Shown one piece after another: positions 20,301 to 29,453 of a stretch of 64,000 nt of DNA. The notes below the pieces were generated by a model, which was not told where the DNA came from, searched no databases, and saw only the letters and a program-made list of their open reading frames with translations. Each line of letters begins with the position of its first letter. Within the stretch, counting starts at the first letter, position 1. The translations under genes and the position numbers were made by a program. Source of the DNA: Pseudomonadota bacterium (GTDB taxonomy: Bacteria > Pseudomonadota > Gammaproteobacteria > JAKAQQ01); the NCBI GenBank assembly GCA_021839245.1, contig JAKCBQ010000003.1, positions 13,970 to 77,969 of the forward strand. The letters are read 5' to 3'.

Positions 20301-21128
20301 CTATGTCAGCGTCCCACTGCGCCGCGCCTGGAGTTGCACCAGCACATCGAGGCGCAAGGGCTCGGGGCAGTGGTAGACGGGCTGCCGCTTATCCACATAC
20401 GGAATCTCTGGGGGCCACCCCGTCCAGGGGATTTTGTGGGTACGATTCCAGCAGCTCTTGCCCAAGGCATAGAGCGCCCATTGTTGCCGCCGGATGCCAT
20501 GGAATCCGGGCATGCGGCGAATGGCTGCGACGAGGCGTTCCAGATCGTCCGTGCGTTCCATTCCGTCGCTGTTGCCGTGGGCGCTGGCATACTGGCGCAT
20601 CGCGGCTTCCAGCTCCTCATAGTGGGCGTCTGATACGCACCAGGTCCAATGGCGGCCACCGCCTTGTTTACGGTCGTGCTGCAGATGCACCAGCACATAC
20701 TGTTCGCTCCAGGCGAGACGTTCTCGGCGCTTTCCCGTATCCCGAAGCTGTTCCTCTTCCCAAACGCGGCCGGTGCCCGGAGTGACCAGCAGCCACCAGC
20801 GCAGCGGGGTCAGGGCCGCTTCGTTTTCTGGGTAAAAAATCAGTGTGGCATTGCTGATACCGCGCGCCTTGTTGCGGGAGCGCGTAGCGGCGCTGGCGGT
20901 GATGGCATACCGCTCGGCAAATTTCTCCGAGAGCTGCAGCGCCTTGTGCGTTGGCAGGACACCACCCGTCCAGTAGCGGCTGCCGCGCTGGACCGTCTCG
21001 AGCAGTAGGCGCATGGCGGCGGCCTTGCTGCGCGGGATGCGGATGGGGGAAGTACCGGGAGGAATCGGAGGGGGGAGATCGAGCACGATGGGGTTTCCTG
21101 TCGGATAGGGGATGAGCAATATAGGCAC
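20301..21128 (-). CDS. islet hypothetical protein (275 aa), possibly a YagK/YfjJ / inovirus Gp2-like replication-initiation protein
   Basis: Lies next to the integrase, where P4/CP4-57-type islands carry YfjJ-like genes. Contains YVLVHLQHD (an HUQ-like variant of the HUH motif) followed by a Tyr pair (AHYEELEAAMRQY). The assignment is tentative. Confidence 0.35.
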   Translation of the reverse strand: MPILLIPYPTGNPIVLDLPPPIPPGTSPIRIPRSKAAAMRLLLETVQRGSRYWTGGVLPTHKALQLSEKFAERYAITASAATRSRNKARGISNATLIFYPENEAALTPLRWWLLVTPGTGRVWEEEQLRDTGKRRERLAWSEQYVLVHLQHDRKQGGGRHWTWCVSDAHYEELEAAMRQYASAHGNSDGMERTDDLERLVAAIRRMPGFHGIRRQQWALYALGKSCWNRTHKIPWTGWPPEIPYVDKRQPVYHCPEPLRLDVLVQLQARRSGTLT

Positions 21129-21479
21129 CGCTCTCGCACGAGGAGCAGACCGATTTCGCGGAGCGAATCCAACGACACGACAGCAGGCCGCAGGCAGGCC
21201 CCGAAAGCGCTATGTGCTTTCGGGGAGCAAGGAAAAGTGCGCAGCACACTACAAGAGATTCCAAGCAGAGCACGCCCGGTTTCTCGGAAAGAAACCGAAT
21301 CTGCGCATCCGGTACCTATACTGTGCAGGTCCCCAAGAAAACGTATCGAGACCCGGATGCCGCCACATCCTCACACTGCCGCCAGATTTTCGGAAGGCAG
21401 GGATGTGCGCCAACGCATCCCGACCTTCGATAAACGTCCTTCTCGTGCCCGCTGCCAACGGTCACGAGCCGCATTGCCC

Positions 21480-22345
21480 GTAGCCGGATGCCCGTAATGG
21501 GGCTCGTCCGGTTGCAACGGGCGCTTCAAGGGCTCACCACCCTTGATTCGACCCAATCCATGGCCTGAGAGGTCGAGATTGGGCGACACGGAAACGGGTC
21601 TCCGGGCGACCGGAATCACCCTGACCGCAGACGAAAGTGGGTGCGAGTCCCACCCTGGGGCGGCTCGAAAGGGTCGAACCAGTGCCACAGCCGAGGGCGT
21701 CAGTACACTCGCGAGAGGGTAAGCCATCCGGGAGAAATCTGGGGATGGTGGCACTCTGGGGCGCAAGCTCTGGAGGTCGGCGAATAGCTCAACCGGCGAA
21801 AGCACCCATGTCCCAAGGGACACGGCGGGTGCGAAGTGGAGATCGGGCAAGCCATTGCCAGGACCTGCAGTGTCCTGGTGGTCAAATCTGGAAGCCGTCG
21901 CGTGAGTAGGCCCAGGGACTTTGGAATCTCTCCCGGGCAGAAATCGGATGCGAGAGCCACACGGCTAGCGCGACAGGTGAGGAGATGGCGTGCTCCATCG
22001 CAGTAGTCACGGTCTAACGTGGGAACCAGTGCACGGCTTCGGGGTGGCACCCAAGGGTATCCCGGAACGCCGAGAAAAGCGTTTGGCACTGGGGGAGCGT
22101 TGTTGAGTAGTTGGCCCTGTACAACAGGGATAAGGCTCTGGGGATTTGACCGAAACCAGAACCGAAAGGAGGGCGAGGCCCTTCCCGACGAAAGACGACA
22201 GGTAATGCAAGGACGTCAAAATCCGCTTGGCGGCGGATATCGGAGACGGATCGACACCCTTGGCGGGGGATGGATTCGAGGATCAACAGCACGGGTTGGC
22301 GCCCGTCATGAGCACAGGAGGATATCGATCTATTGGTTGTTTCTT
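21480..22345 (+). ncRNA. candidate large structured RNA (ORF-free, GNRA-hairpin-rich), identity unknown
   Basis: No credible ORF in any frame over ~870 nt. At least five GNRA-capped stem-loops (GGCTCGAAAGGGTC, CCGGCGAAAGCACC, CGACGAAAGACG, CCGAGAAAAGCG, CCGAAAGGAGGG). Ends at a strong plus-strand intrinsic terminator. Confidence 0.3.
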
Positions 22346-22383
22346 TCCGGGGTGGCCTAGGCTGCCCCGGAAGTTTTGTTTTT
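22345..22383 (+). terminator. rho-independent terminator (TTCCGGGG-N12-CCCCGGAA, then GTTTTGTTTTT)
   Basis: 8-bp GC-rich stem followed by a T-run on the + strand only. On the minus strand the hairpin is followed by AGAAACAACC, so it does not end the integrase transcript. Confidence 0.55.
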
Positions 22384-24143
22384 AGGCGATGACGATAATC
22401 CCGCGGCAACAGCAGCGAGCTTCCGGGCTCCGCTGAAGGGCGTCGGCTTGGGAATCGGGATGCCCGGGTCAACCTTGGCCAGTTCTTTCGCCTTGACCGT
22501 AATGGAGTAGCCCTCGCCGTAACTGTCCCCGACATTTTCGACCTGGCCGGGGCTCGCGTGACCGGTCAGGGCGTGGTGTAGCTCCCGCGGAATGAGGGCG
22601 TTTCGACAGAGATCCTTGAACGTGTGGCGAAAGCTGTGAAAAGTGACCTCAGGGGGTAGTTTAGGGTGTGATGGAGGAAACGGCCAAACCACCTACCCAA
22701 AACCTCGCTGTCGGTGCTGACCTGACTGCGGCTGCGCAGGAAGGGCCAGAGGCTGCGGTATCCAGCGCTGCGGATGGCTTCGACGTAGTCGAGGAAGCCG
22801 AGATCAATCAGCTTGGGATGAAGGGGGACATCCCGGATGCTGTTTTGGTTCTTGGCCTGCAGAATTTTGAAATACGGGACGGGTTCCCGGACGATGTGAT
22901 CGACGGTAAGCTGACCGATCTCGTTGAGCCGGGCGCCGGAGTACAGGGCGATGAGGGGGATCCAGATGCGGGCGTGGTAGCCCCCTCCCCCGGCACTCGT
23001 GGTGATGCCAAAGAGCCCTTGCGGGGAGAAGATTCGGGCGAGTTCCGCTTGGGTGAAGGATCGGCGCTGGGATTCAGAGGCGAGGCCTTCCTTGGCGGCA
23101 AAGCGTTTGTAGTCGAATCCCGCAAAAGGATTTCTCTCCAGCAGTTCATCTTTGACGGCAATGGAGAATGCGGCGCCGACGAGCGTGCCCTTCTTTTCGA
23201 GAGTCTTGGCACTGTTGCCACGCTGATCGCGCTCGTGACGCAGCCAATCCGTCACCTGGGCGCGGGTCAATGTGGTTGGGGTGGCTTTGGGCAGGAAGCT
23301 GGACAGCGACTGGATCAGGCGCTGGAGCTCCTTGTCGGTGCGGGGCTTGCGCGGGCAATCCTGGCGCCAGTGGTCGAGCAGTTCCTGCCAACTAAGACCC
23401 GAATTTCGGGAAGTGGCGGGGGTGGTAGAGGTGGCGGGCTCCCAGACGGCCGGTAAGGGGATATCCTCGGGGGTGAGCTTGGGCTGCACCAAACGGCCGG
23501 CTTGGCGCTGGGCCAGGATGTCGTAGCCTTCCTGGAGGGCTGGAAGGACGTCCAGGACCAGTTGGCGCTCTTCTGCCGGGGTTACCGCCAATTGATACCC
23601 CTTGCCCACCAGCAGGGTGCGAATGACGGGCAGGAAAGGCTCGGGCTGGCCCCTCGCCAGGGCCTGAGCAATCTTGGCCTGGACCTCGCCGATGTTCTCC
23701 TGGAGTTCTTGGTATTCCTCGTCGTCGATCCCTTCCCGACGCCAAGCGAGATCCGCTTCTAGGCTGGAAAGCCAAAGAGCCCGCAGGCCGGAGACCAGTG
23801 CCGGAGTGACCTTGGTGATGGGTTTGAGGGGCAGATTGGGAGCCTGGGCGACGTAGCGCGCGAAGGCTTGGGCGTAGTCCTCTTCCTGCTGGACCCGTTG
23901 CCGCAGGCTCTGGAACTGCTGATCCACCTGCAGGGCCAGCAGGCGCGCCTGACTGACGGCCTGGCGGTAGTCTTTACCGAGGGAGCGCTTGATTTCGCGT
24001 TTGCCGACAGCGGCCCGTAGGGACTCGGGAACGACGATACGGAATACGTATCCGTGGGGGGTCTTGTAGCAGTTGCTGGGCAGGGCGGGCATTACCTTCT
24101 CCTCGTCCCGCTCTCCCCGTTTTGTACCGGCTTTTTGTACCAC
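22357..24143 (-). pseudogene. int: P4-type tyrosine recombinase/integrase disrupted by a 1-nt frameshift near 22650
   Basis: The GTG-initiated 525-aa ORF carries an arm-type N-terminal domain (PHGYVFRIVVPESLRAAVGKREIKRSLG) and box I (LYSGARLNEIGQL). Box II (HSFRHTF...LTGHAS...YGEGYS) continues in a -1 frame (track ORF 22357-22692). Could instead be a sequencing error. Confidence 0.75.
24119..24143. repeat. right boundary repeat GTTTTGTACCG-GCTTTTTGTACCAC (attR-like), overlapping the integrase GTG start
   Basis: Same two sub-repeats as at 15525-15550, in swapped order. They encode the first integrase codons (V Q K A G T K). Confidence 0.4.
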
Positions 24144-24184
24144 TCAGCCTCCTGAATGCCTTGATACTATTGACATTCAGTAGA

Positions 24185-25918
24185 TTAGTACAAATTGGCG
24201 GAGAGGGTGGGATCCACCGCCATCGTCTGAGCGTTGCCTTGATTGAAATTCCCCAAAGAAAAATCGATCGATGGATCATCGGTAAATGTCTGTCCTCCAT
24301 CCGTTGAAATCTGAAACCCTCCGGTCGTAAATGCATAAACATCGTTCGGATTACCTGGATTGATGAGAACCGACCCAGCCTCGCCAATATCAGGGCTGCT
24401 TCCACCCAGCTGCTGCCAACTTGCACCCCCGTTGAAGCTGTTGATGGGCGAATAATCCTGCACGGCGGTCAACAAGGTTGACCCATTGACAGCCAAGCCA
24501 TAGAGTATGGACGATGAGTTGATACTGCTCGTCAAGCCCTGCCATGTCGTGCTGCCGGCCGGCCTTAGAAAAAGCCCCTGGTCGCTTCCCATCAGGAGGT
24601 TCCCCGTCACACCCGCTTCATCCGCCACGATCAGCCGGATGTCAAACCCCGACCCGGTGATCGGCGACCAGCTACCACCCCCATCTGTGGATTGGAAGCC
24701 CGTTCCATCACAGCCGGCATAAAGATCGGACGCATTGGATGGCTCGAACACGATGTACTGTACGGGACAGTTTGGCCCGCTCATTGTGGTCCAGCTGGAT
24801 CCGGCATCGGTTGTTTCATAGAGTTCCGGGGTACTGTACCGTTCGACGACGATCGCGTTGTCCGCATTGGTCGGGTTGACCGCGATATGCCACACGGTGG
24901 TATTGCCGATTCCAGAGGGGGTCACGTTATTCCATGGCCCGGACGAGCTTGTCTGCACCAGCACTTCACCATTGTCGAGCCCGGCGTAGATCACCCCATT
25001 TTCTCCTGTGATTGCACGAACGGGCGACGAGGTTGGTTCAATCAGAGTCCAGCTTGAACCATTGTCAGTCGATACGGCTATGCCTTGAGCAGTGGCCGCG
25101 TACAATGAACTTCCCAGATGCAGGAACTCCGTCACGGCGCCATAGGCACCGACCAAGCTCCAGCTGTCCCCCGCATCGGTGCTCTGGAATATCCCCTTGG
25201 ACCAGGTCCCAGCGAGAAGTATGGAGGGATTACCCTGATCCAGCCAGAGTGTGTCCACCGCAGGGTCTGTCAACCCGCTGTCGATCGCTGTCCAGCTGGT
25301 CCCTCCGTTCGTGGTCTTGTAAACCCCGGCCTCGGTAAAAGGACCCGAGTTCCCCGGACCCACTCCTCCGCCGGCGTACATCGTCTGAGGATTCTGATTG
25401 TCAACCGCGAATGCCTGCATTTTTCCAGAACCGTAATCTTGCCCGTTGGAGAACGGAATCTTCGTCGGTCCCACAACGGTCCACTGGGATGTCAAACTCG
25501 TATAGGCGACGATCACCTGTCCTGTATCACTGCCCCCGGATCCCAAGGTTATCGGGCTGCCATTCACGGAGGGAAGGTAAGCGGCAGTGCCAGTGGGGGC
25601 AACAATGACCGCCGAAACAACGTACGTGCCCGCCATGAGATTTTGAAGCGTCGCGGTTGACTGGAGAGTTTGCTGGAAACCGTTCGGGCCGGTCACGATA
25701 ACATCTCCCATCGTGCCGCTCGGAAGACCCGATATCTGCACGGCGAGGGAAATATTACTTGTGATGACCGGGGGCGGTTGTGGGGTGCCGCTTGAGGTGC
25801 TGTTTGCACCGCCACCTCCACAACTGGAAAGTAGGAGCAATAACGGTAGCAGACCTAAAATCGAAGGGGGGATGGCTCTTTTGTGCGAATCATATTTCGT
25901 AGGTGCTGAACGCAGCAT
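24185..25918 (-). CDS. BNR/Asp-box repeat lipoprotein (sialidase-like / Ycf48-like beta-propeller)
   Basis: Lipoprotein signal (LLLLSSCGGG). Multiple S-x-D-x-G-x-T/S-W repeats (KTTNGGTSWT, QSTDAGDSWS, VSTDNGSSWT, ETTDAGSSWT, QSTDGGGSWS, ISTDGGQTFT). Confidence 0.7.
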   Translation of the reverse strand: MLRSAPTKYDSHKRAIPPSILGLLPLLLLLSSCGGGGANSTSSGTPQPPPVITSNISLAVQISGLPSGTMGDVIVTGPNGFQQTLQSTATLQNLMAGTYVVSAVIVAPTGTAAYLPSVNGSPITLGSGGSDTGQVIVAYTSLTSQWTVVGPTKIPFSNGQDYGSGKMQAFAVDNQNPQTMYAGGGVGPGNSGPFTEAGVYKTTNGGTSWTAIDSGLTDPAVDTLWLDQGNPSILLAGTWSKGIFQSTDAGDSWSLVGAYGAVTEFLHLGSSLYAATAQGIAVSTDNGSSWTLIEPTSSPVRAITGENGVIYAGLDNGEVLVQTSSSGPWNNVTPSGIGNTTVWHIAVNPTNADNAIVVERYSTPELYETTDAGSSWTTMSGPNCPVQYIVFEPSNASDLYAGCDGTGFQSTDGGGSWSPITGSGFDIRLIVADEAGVTGNLLMGSDQGLFLRPAGSTTWQGLTSSINSSSILYGLAVNGSTLLTAVQDYSPINSFNGGASWQQLGGSSPDIGEAGSVLINPGNPNDVYAFTTGGFQISTDGGQTFTDDPSIDFSLGNFNQGNAQTMAVDPTLSANLY

Positions 25919-26020
25919 TGCTAGTACTCCTTGTTGACATCAAAGGGTGGATTCTAGGCCCCATGTGTAACCTCGAGATTGAAATGAGAGTTCACCGGCG
26001 CAAGCTACCGAGTCCGGTAT

Positions 26021-26935
26021 TCAGGGATTGCATTTTGGATTCCGGTAACTCATAGGTCGCGTAAGCGCTGGTTCGCCGAACTCGATCAAACAGGCGTGCG
26101 ATTTCGCAAAATATTCGCGCCAAAACGTATGTATGCTGATCAGAACCTGAGGATCATGATAGCCCTCGCGCTGTGCTCTGGTTCCTTGACCTAACGGCGG
26201 AATCATCACACCGCCCAACACATACACCGACGCACCTCCAAAGTTGCCAAACAAATGCGCTGCCGCTGCCTTGGCCATTTCTGCAGACGGATCGATCACG
26301 CGAACAGTGTCGTCAGCATAAAAGCTGGTGACAGAAGAATTCTCCAAGCCGTCGCTTACGAGAAAAAGTACTTTCTGACGGACGGGGTCCTCTGCAATGG
26401 CCTTGGAAATAACCTTGAGTGTCATCATGATGTCGGAGTGGGCGAAGGAGCTACTGCTGCCTTTGAAAATCTTGACAAGCGACATGGCGACCATGTCACG
26501 AGCGTAGTTCATTTGATATCGAAGGCATCGCTTGAGGAGGCGTGTGGATCTGATCGGCGTGGTGTCAACCCGGGAGGGGGAAAGAGGGCGCTCCACGATA
26601 CCCGTGTGAACGACCTGTAGATACCTGCCTTGCGCAAAGGCAGAAAAATCCGCAACAACGAACTTGGAGCCCGGCTGAATCAGTCTCAGGGCGTTATTGA
26701 CCACGGATTGCTCCAACCTTGGAGTGAGTTGCACCGTTTGATCCACGAGGATGTATAGGAGTTTGTCGTACGGTATGGCAGGCGGGCGGATGTGTGCGTA
26801 CGCATAGCAACTTGGAAGATCATTCACTAGGCCCGCATGGGCATTTGCAGACAAACCCAGCGTCATACAGACGAACAAGGCGGAACCCAGAAGGGGGGTG
26901 GTGATTCTCACGAAGCGGGGTCTCATCTTTATCAC
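26021..26935 (-). CDS. secreted hypothetical protein, possibly vWA-like
   Basis: N-terminal signal peptide (TPLLGSALFVCMTLGLSANA). An LFLVSDGLENSS segment resembles a vWA-domain strand. Weak call. Confidence 0.35.
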   Translation of the reverse strand: MIKMRPRFVRITTPLLGSALFVCMTLGLSANAHAGLVNDLPSCYAYAHIRPPAIPYDKLLYILVDQTVQLTPRLEQSVVNNALRLIQPGSKFVVADFSAFAQGRYLQVVHTGIVERPLSPSRVDTTPIRSTRLLKRCLRYQMNYARDMVAMSLVKIFKGSSSSFAHSDIMMTLKVISKAIAEDPVRQKVLFLVSDGLENSSVTSFYADDTVRVIDPSAEMAKAAAAHLFGNFGGASVYVLGGVMIPPLGQGTRAQREGYHDPQVLISIHTFWREYFAKSHACLIEFGEPALTRPMSYRNPKCNP

Positions 26936-27559
26936 TCCTCAGTGAGGTGTCGCTTGGTTATGACGAGTTCACAGGATTCGGGTTTAAACACAATGTAAAG
27001 CCCTCGAAATAAGTGATCCCTGAACCCTGGGCAATCGGCTCCAAGGCTTCAACGCGCGTCCCCGGCCGGGCCTGCGTGGAGGTCGACCACGTCCCCGACA
27101 AAAAGACCCACGGCCACGGCCGCCGTGGCTCTACCCTCGAGCCGGGTGTGAACCCGTGCAGCGTCGCCCCCCTACCCGGTTCAGCCCGCCGGGAATGATG
27201 GTGCCCCCATGGAACCGTAGACCACACGTGTGAGCCCTCCGCCGCGCGGAAGCCCTCGCCCCGGAATCCGAGCGCTTTGGTCTCAGGCAGGATCTCGCGG
27301 ATCTTCCCCACCCGCCTCTCGTCGCTCAGCACCGGCTTGCGAACTCTGCACCGGCCGTCCGGCCGCCGCCGGACGGGTGTAAGCCCGTAGAACGGGACAC
27401 ACCCCACTAGCCGACGCACCCGGGCCTTGCCCAAAACACACCGCGCGGAGACCGAACTGGCCCGACTCACGGAGTCGATCTCCGCATCGGGGAAATCAGC
27501 TGATCCTCGAACCGGGCGACGCGCATCTCCCAAAGCGCCTTGTCCATCATCAAACTCCC

Positions 27560-27803
27560 GACCAGCCGCTTGGCGCGCGGAGCTCTTGTTCAGGGCCACC
27601 ACCTTGGCATCGTCGGTGCGCCGCTTCAGCCCGGCTTTGCCGGCCTCCCGGAACTCGTCTCGCCATTTGGACCGCACGACCGACGGCAGCCCGGTCTCCC
27701 GGCTCAGGGCATCCAGGCTCTCACCACACGGGAGACGCAACAGGACCTCCTGCATGCGCTTCGCCGACCAACGGTACATCGACAATTGCTTGCTCAAGGG
27801 CAA
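27560..27803 (-). pseudogene. IS3-family transposase OrfA (HTH) remnant
   Basis: The first ~80 codons match the IS3/IS911 OrfA pattern (MYRWSAKRMQEVLLRLPCGESLDALSRETGLPSVVRSKWRDEF). The rest of the 281-aa frame is Arg-rich nonsense. No intact transposase or inverted repeats were recognised. Confidence 0.45.
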
Positions 27804-27981
27804 CTCCTGTCGTTCTCATCCCGCGACCAAACGTGTTGCCCGGAATATTCGAGGGGCATTCCACGCGTGTGCTCTCCAGTTCCCATCCGAGGTGCAACGT
27901 CGAATCAGTTCCGCATCGGTTTGGCACGATGATCTGGGTTCCAAACTTTTTGTGGTCTTTCATGCCATGTCTTTACGCGAC

Positions 27982-29430
27982 CTAACTCGAGGTTGGCGGC
28001 GCTGTCGGCGACGTTGGGAGAGGGGTGCCGGTCGTACTGACAATATTGGGAGCGTGCTGCGTCGGCGTCGACGGACCCGTTGCCGATGGCGCCTCCATAC
28101 GAGCCGTGTTGAGCGATTGGAGATAGGCTTCCATGAAATCGAACCGCCGCATGTGATTTCCGTATGTTGGATTCGAACGCACGAGCTTTGAGCGCAGTTG
28201 TCCGAGCCGCATTTGCGCGCGCTGCGTGACAGGTCGGATCACCTGCCGCAGTAAGTCATCATACTCTGCCAAACCGTGAGTCTTTAGATACGCTTGCTTG
28301 CCCTCGTCGTCAAAGAATGAGTATTTCATACCGGTCAGAAAGCCAAGAAATTGCGTAAAGAAATAAATCAGCCCTAAGAGGATTACGCCCGAATTGATCT
28401 CAGCAGAAATGTCATTCTGCACAGTAACTTTTGTTCTCTTGATCGATTTATGAACAGCGTTACATACTGCCATGGGCAGAGAGCAGAGGCGGTTGCGATG
28501 AGGAATGACACGACGAACGCGATGAGGGTGAGCAAAGAGTTGCGAAAGGTTTGGATAGACGTGGCCTCCTATACCACTGTGCCTAAGATCCAGCTGTTTC
28601 ATGAGGGCGTAATGCCGATAGACAGTTATGGCGGTTCCGAAGAGAACGATGAACGCAACTGCCGTGATGATACGCATCCGTCGTGGTTCCATCGATGCCA
28701 GGTCTGTCGCGCCTATCCGCGCCGCCAACCGTCCGTATGATTCGAGGTCGGCGTCCTTGTCTTGGTCGTCATCCATACGGATGGCCTCCACAGATTCTTT
28801 GACGGATCCGTCAATCCGTCGAAAGCCCTTCTTCGCCCTATAGTTTTTTCGCACCTTTGCAAGAAGCTTGTTGGCAAACACGTCTTCCCCCCCACCATGC
28901 GTTATGATCAAGGCCACGGTCGCGATGACGAGGGCGATGATCATGCCTGCCACGAACGCCAGTTCCGGTGTGATGTCGGTGGACAAAAGCGGCGCAAGCA
29001 GCAGACCGGTTCCCAAGGCCTCCGCCACCGTCAATGCTCCGAGAATCAGCCACAACAAGACCGACATCGGTTTACGTCCGCTCTGTTCGGAAAGCTTGAG
29101 GTATTTGCGTGCCTTGACGAAGTTGGCGCGATCGATCTTCTCCAAACAATCGTCGTAGTAGTCATACAATGCTCGCTCGGCGGGCACAGTGAGACGGCTC
29201 TCGACATAACCCGCATCGGCCGGTATATCGGCGACATCATTGCCTGTGCCTTCGGTCATCTTTTTCCACTCCGCCATCTTGCCCAAAAACGGCACCGCGA
29301 CCCAGAAATCCTTGCCGAGCAAACTTGTGGTGTATCTGGCCCAGACGAGAAAAATAACAGTCAGGAGCAGAATGGCTGAGGTCGTCGTGAGCCACAGGTG
29401 CTCAAGAAGCAAATCAAAGAAGCCCATCAT
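27982..29430 (-). CDS. polytopic membrane protein of unknown function (482 aa)
   Basis: Several hydrophobic helices, plus a C-terminal Pro/Thr-rich tail. Lower GC than the backbone. Sits directly upstream of the OmpA-domain lipoprotein gene on the same strand. Confidence 0.45.
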   Translation of the reverse strand: MMGFFDLLLEHLWLTTTSAILLLTVIFLVWARYTTSLLGKDFWVAVPFLGKMAEWKKMTEGTGNDVADIPADAGYVESRLTVPAERALYDYYDDCLEKIDRANFVKARKYLKLSEQSGRKPMSVLLWLILGALTVAEALGTGLLLAPLLSTDITPELAFVAGMIIALVIATVALIITHGGGEDVFANKLLAKVRKNYRAKKGFRRIDGSVKESVEAIRMDDDQDKDADLESYGRLAARIGATDLASMEPRRMRIITAVAFIVLFGTAITVYRHYALMKQLDLRHSGIGGHVYPNLSQLFAHPHRVRRVIPHRNRLCSLPMAVCNAVHKSIKRTKVTVQNDISAEINSGVILLGLIYFFTQFLGFLTGMKYSFFDDEGKQAYLKTHGLAEYDDLLRQVIRPVTQRAQMRLGQLRSKLVRSNPTYGNHMRRFDFMEAYLQSLNTARMEAPSATGPSTPTQHAPNIVSTTGTPLPTSPTAPPTSS

Positions 29431-29453
29431 GTTATCTTTCTCCTTCTCAGGAA

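Larger units (their letters stand above)
15525..24143. mobile_element. ~8.6 kb integrated islet: frameshifted P4-type integrase, MmeI-family RM enzyme, Rep/YfjJ-like protein, small AT-rich ORFs, ORF-free structured region
   Basis: Flanked by TTTTGTACC-containing direct repeats. An integrase sits at the right end. The 15.6-16.9 kb stretch is visibly AT-rich against a high-GC genome. A BNR gene is truncated on the left and an intact paralogue lies just right of the islet. Confidence 0.5.

Noticed and set aside
21480-22345. tmRNA or RNase P RNA as the identity of the structured ORF-free region
   Set aside because: The 5' GGGG/3' CCACCA tRNA-like ends, the resume-codon/tag ORF of tmRNA, and the conserved RNase P P4/CR-I to CR-V blocks (GGAAAGTCCGGGCT, AGGGCAGGGTGCCAGGTAACGCC) are all absent. 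An essential RNA would also be unexpected inside an islet.
22345-22383. Hairpin considered as the integrase transcription terminator
   Set aside because: On the minus strand the stem is followed by AGAAACAACC with no U-tract. The U-tract is only on the plus strand, so it terminates the upstream plus-strand (candidate ncRNA) transcript instead.
27427-28191. 254-aa plus-strand ORF
   Set aside because: Antisense to the IS3 OrfA remnant and the start of the membrane protein gene. Arg-rich nonsense composition.
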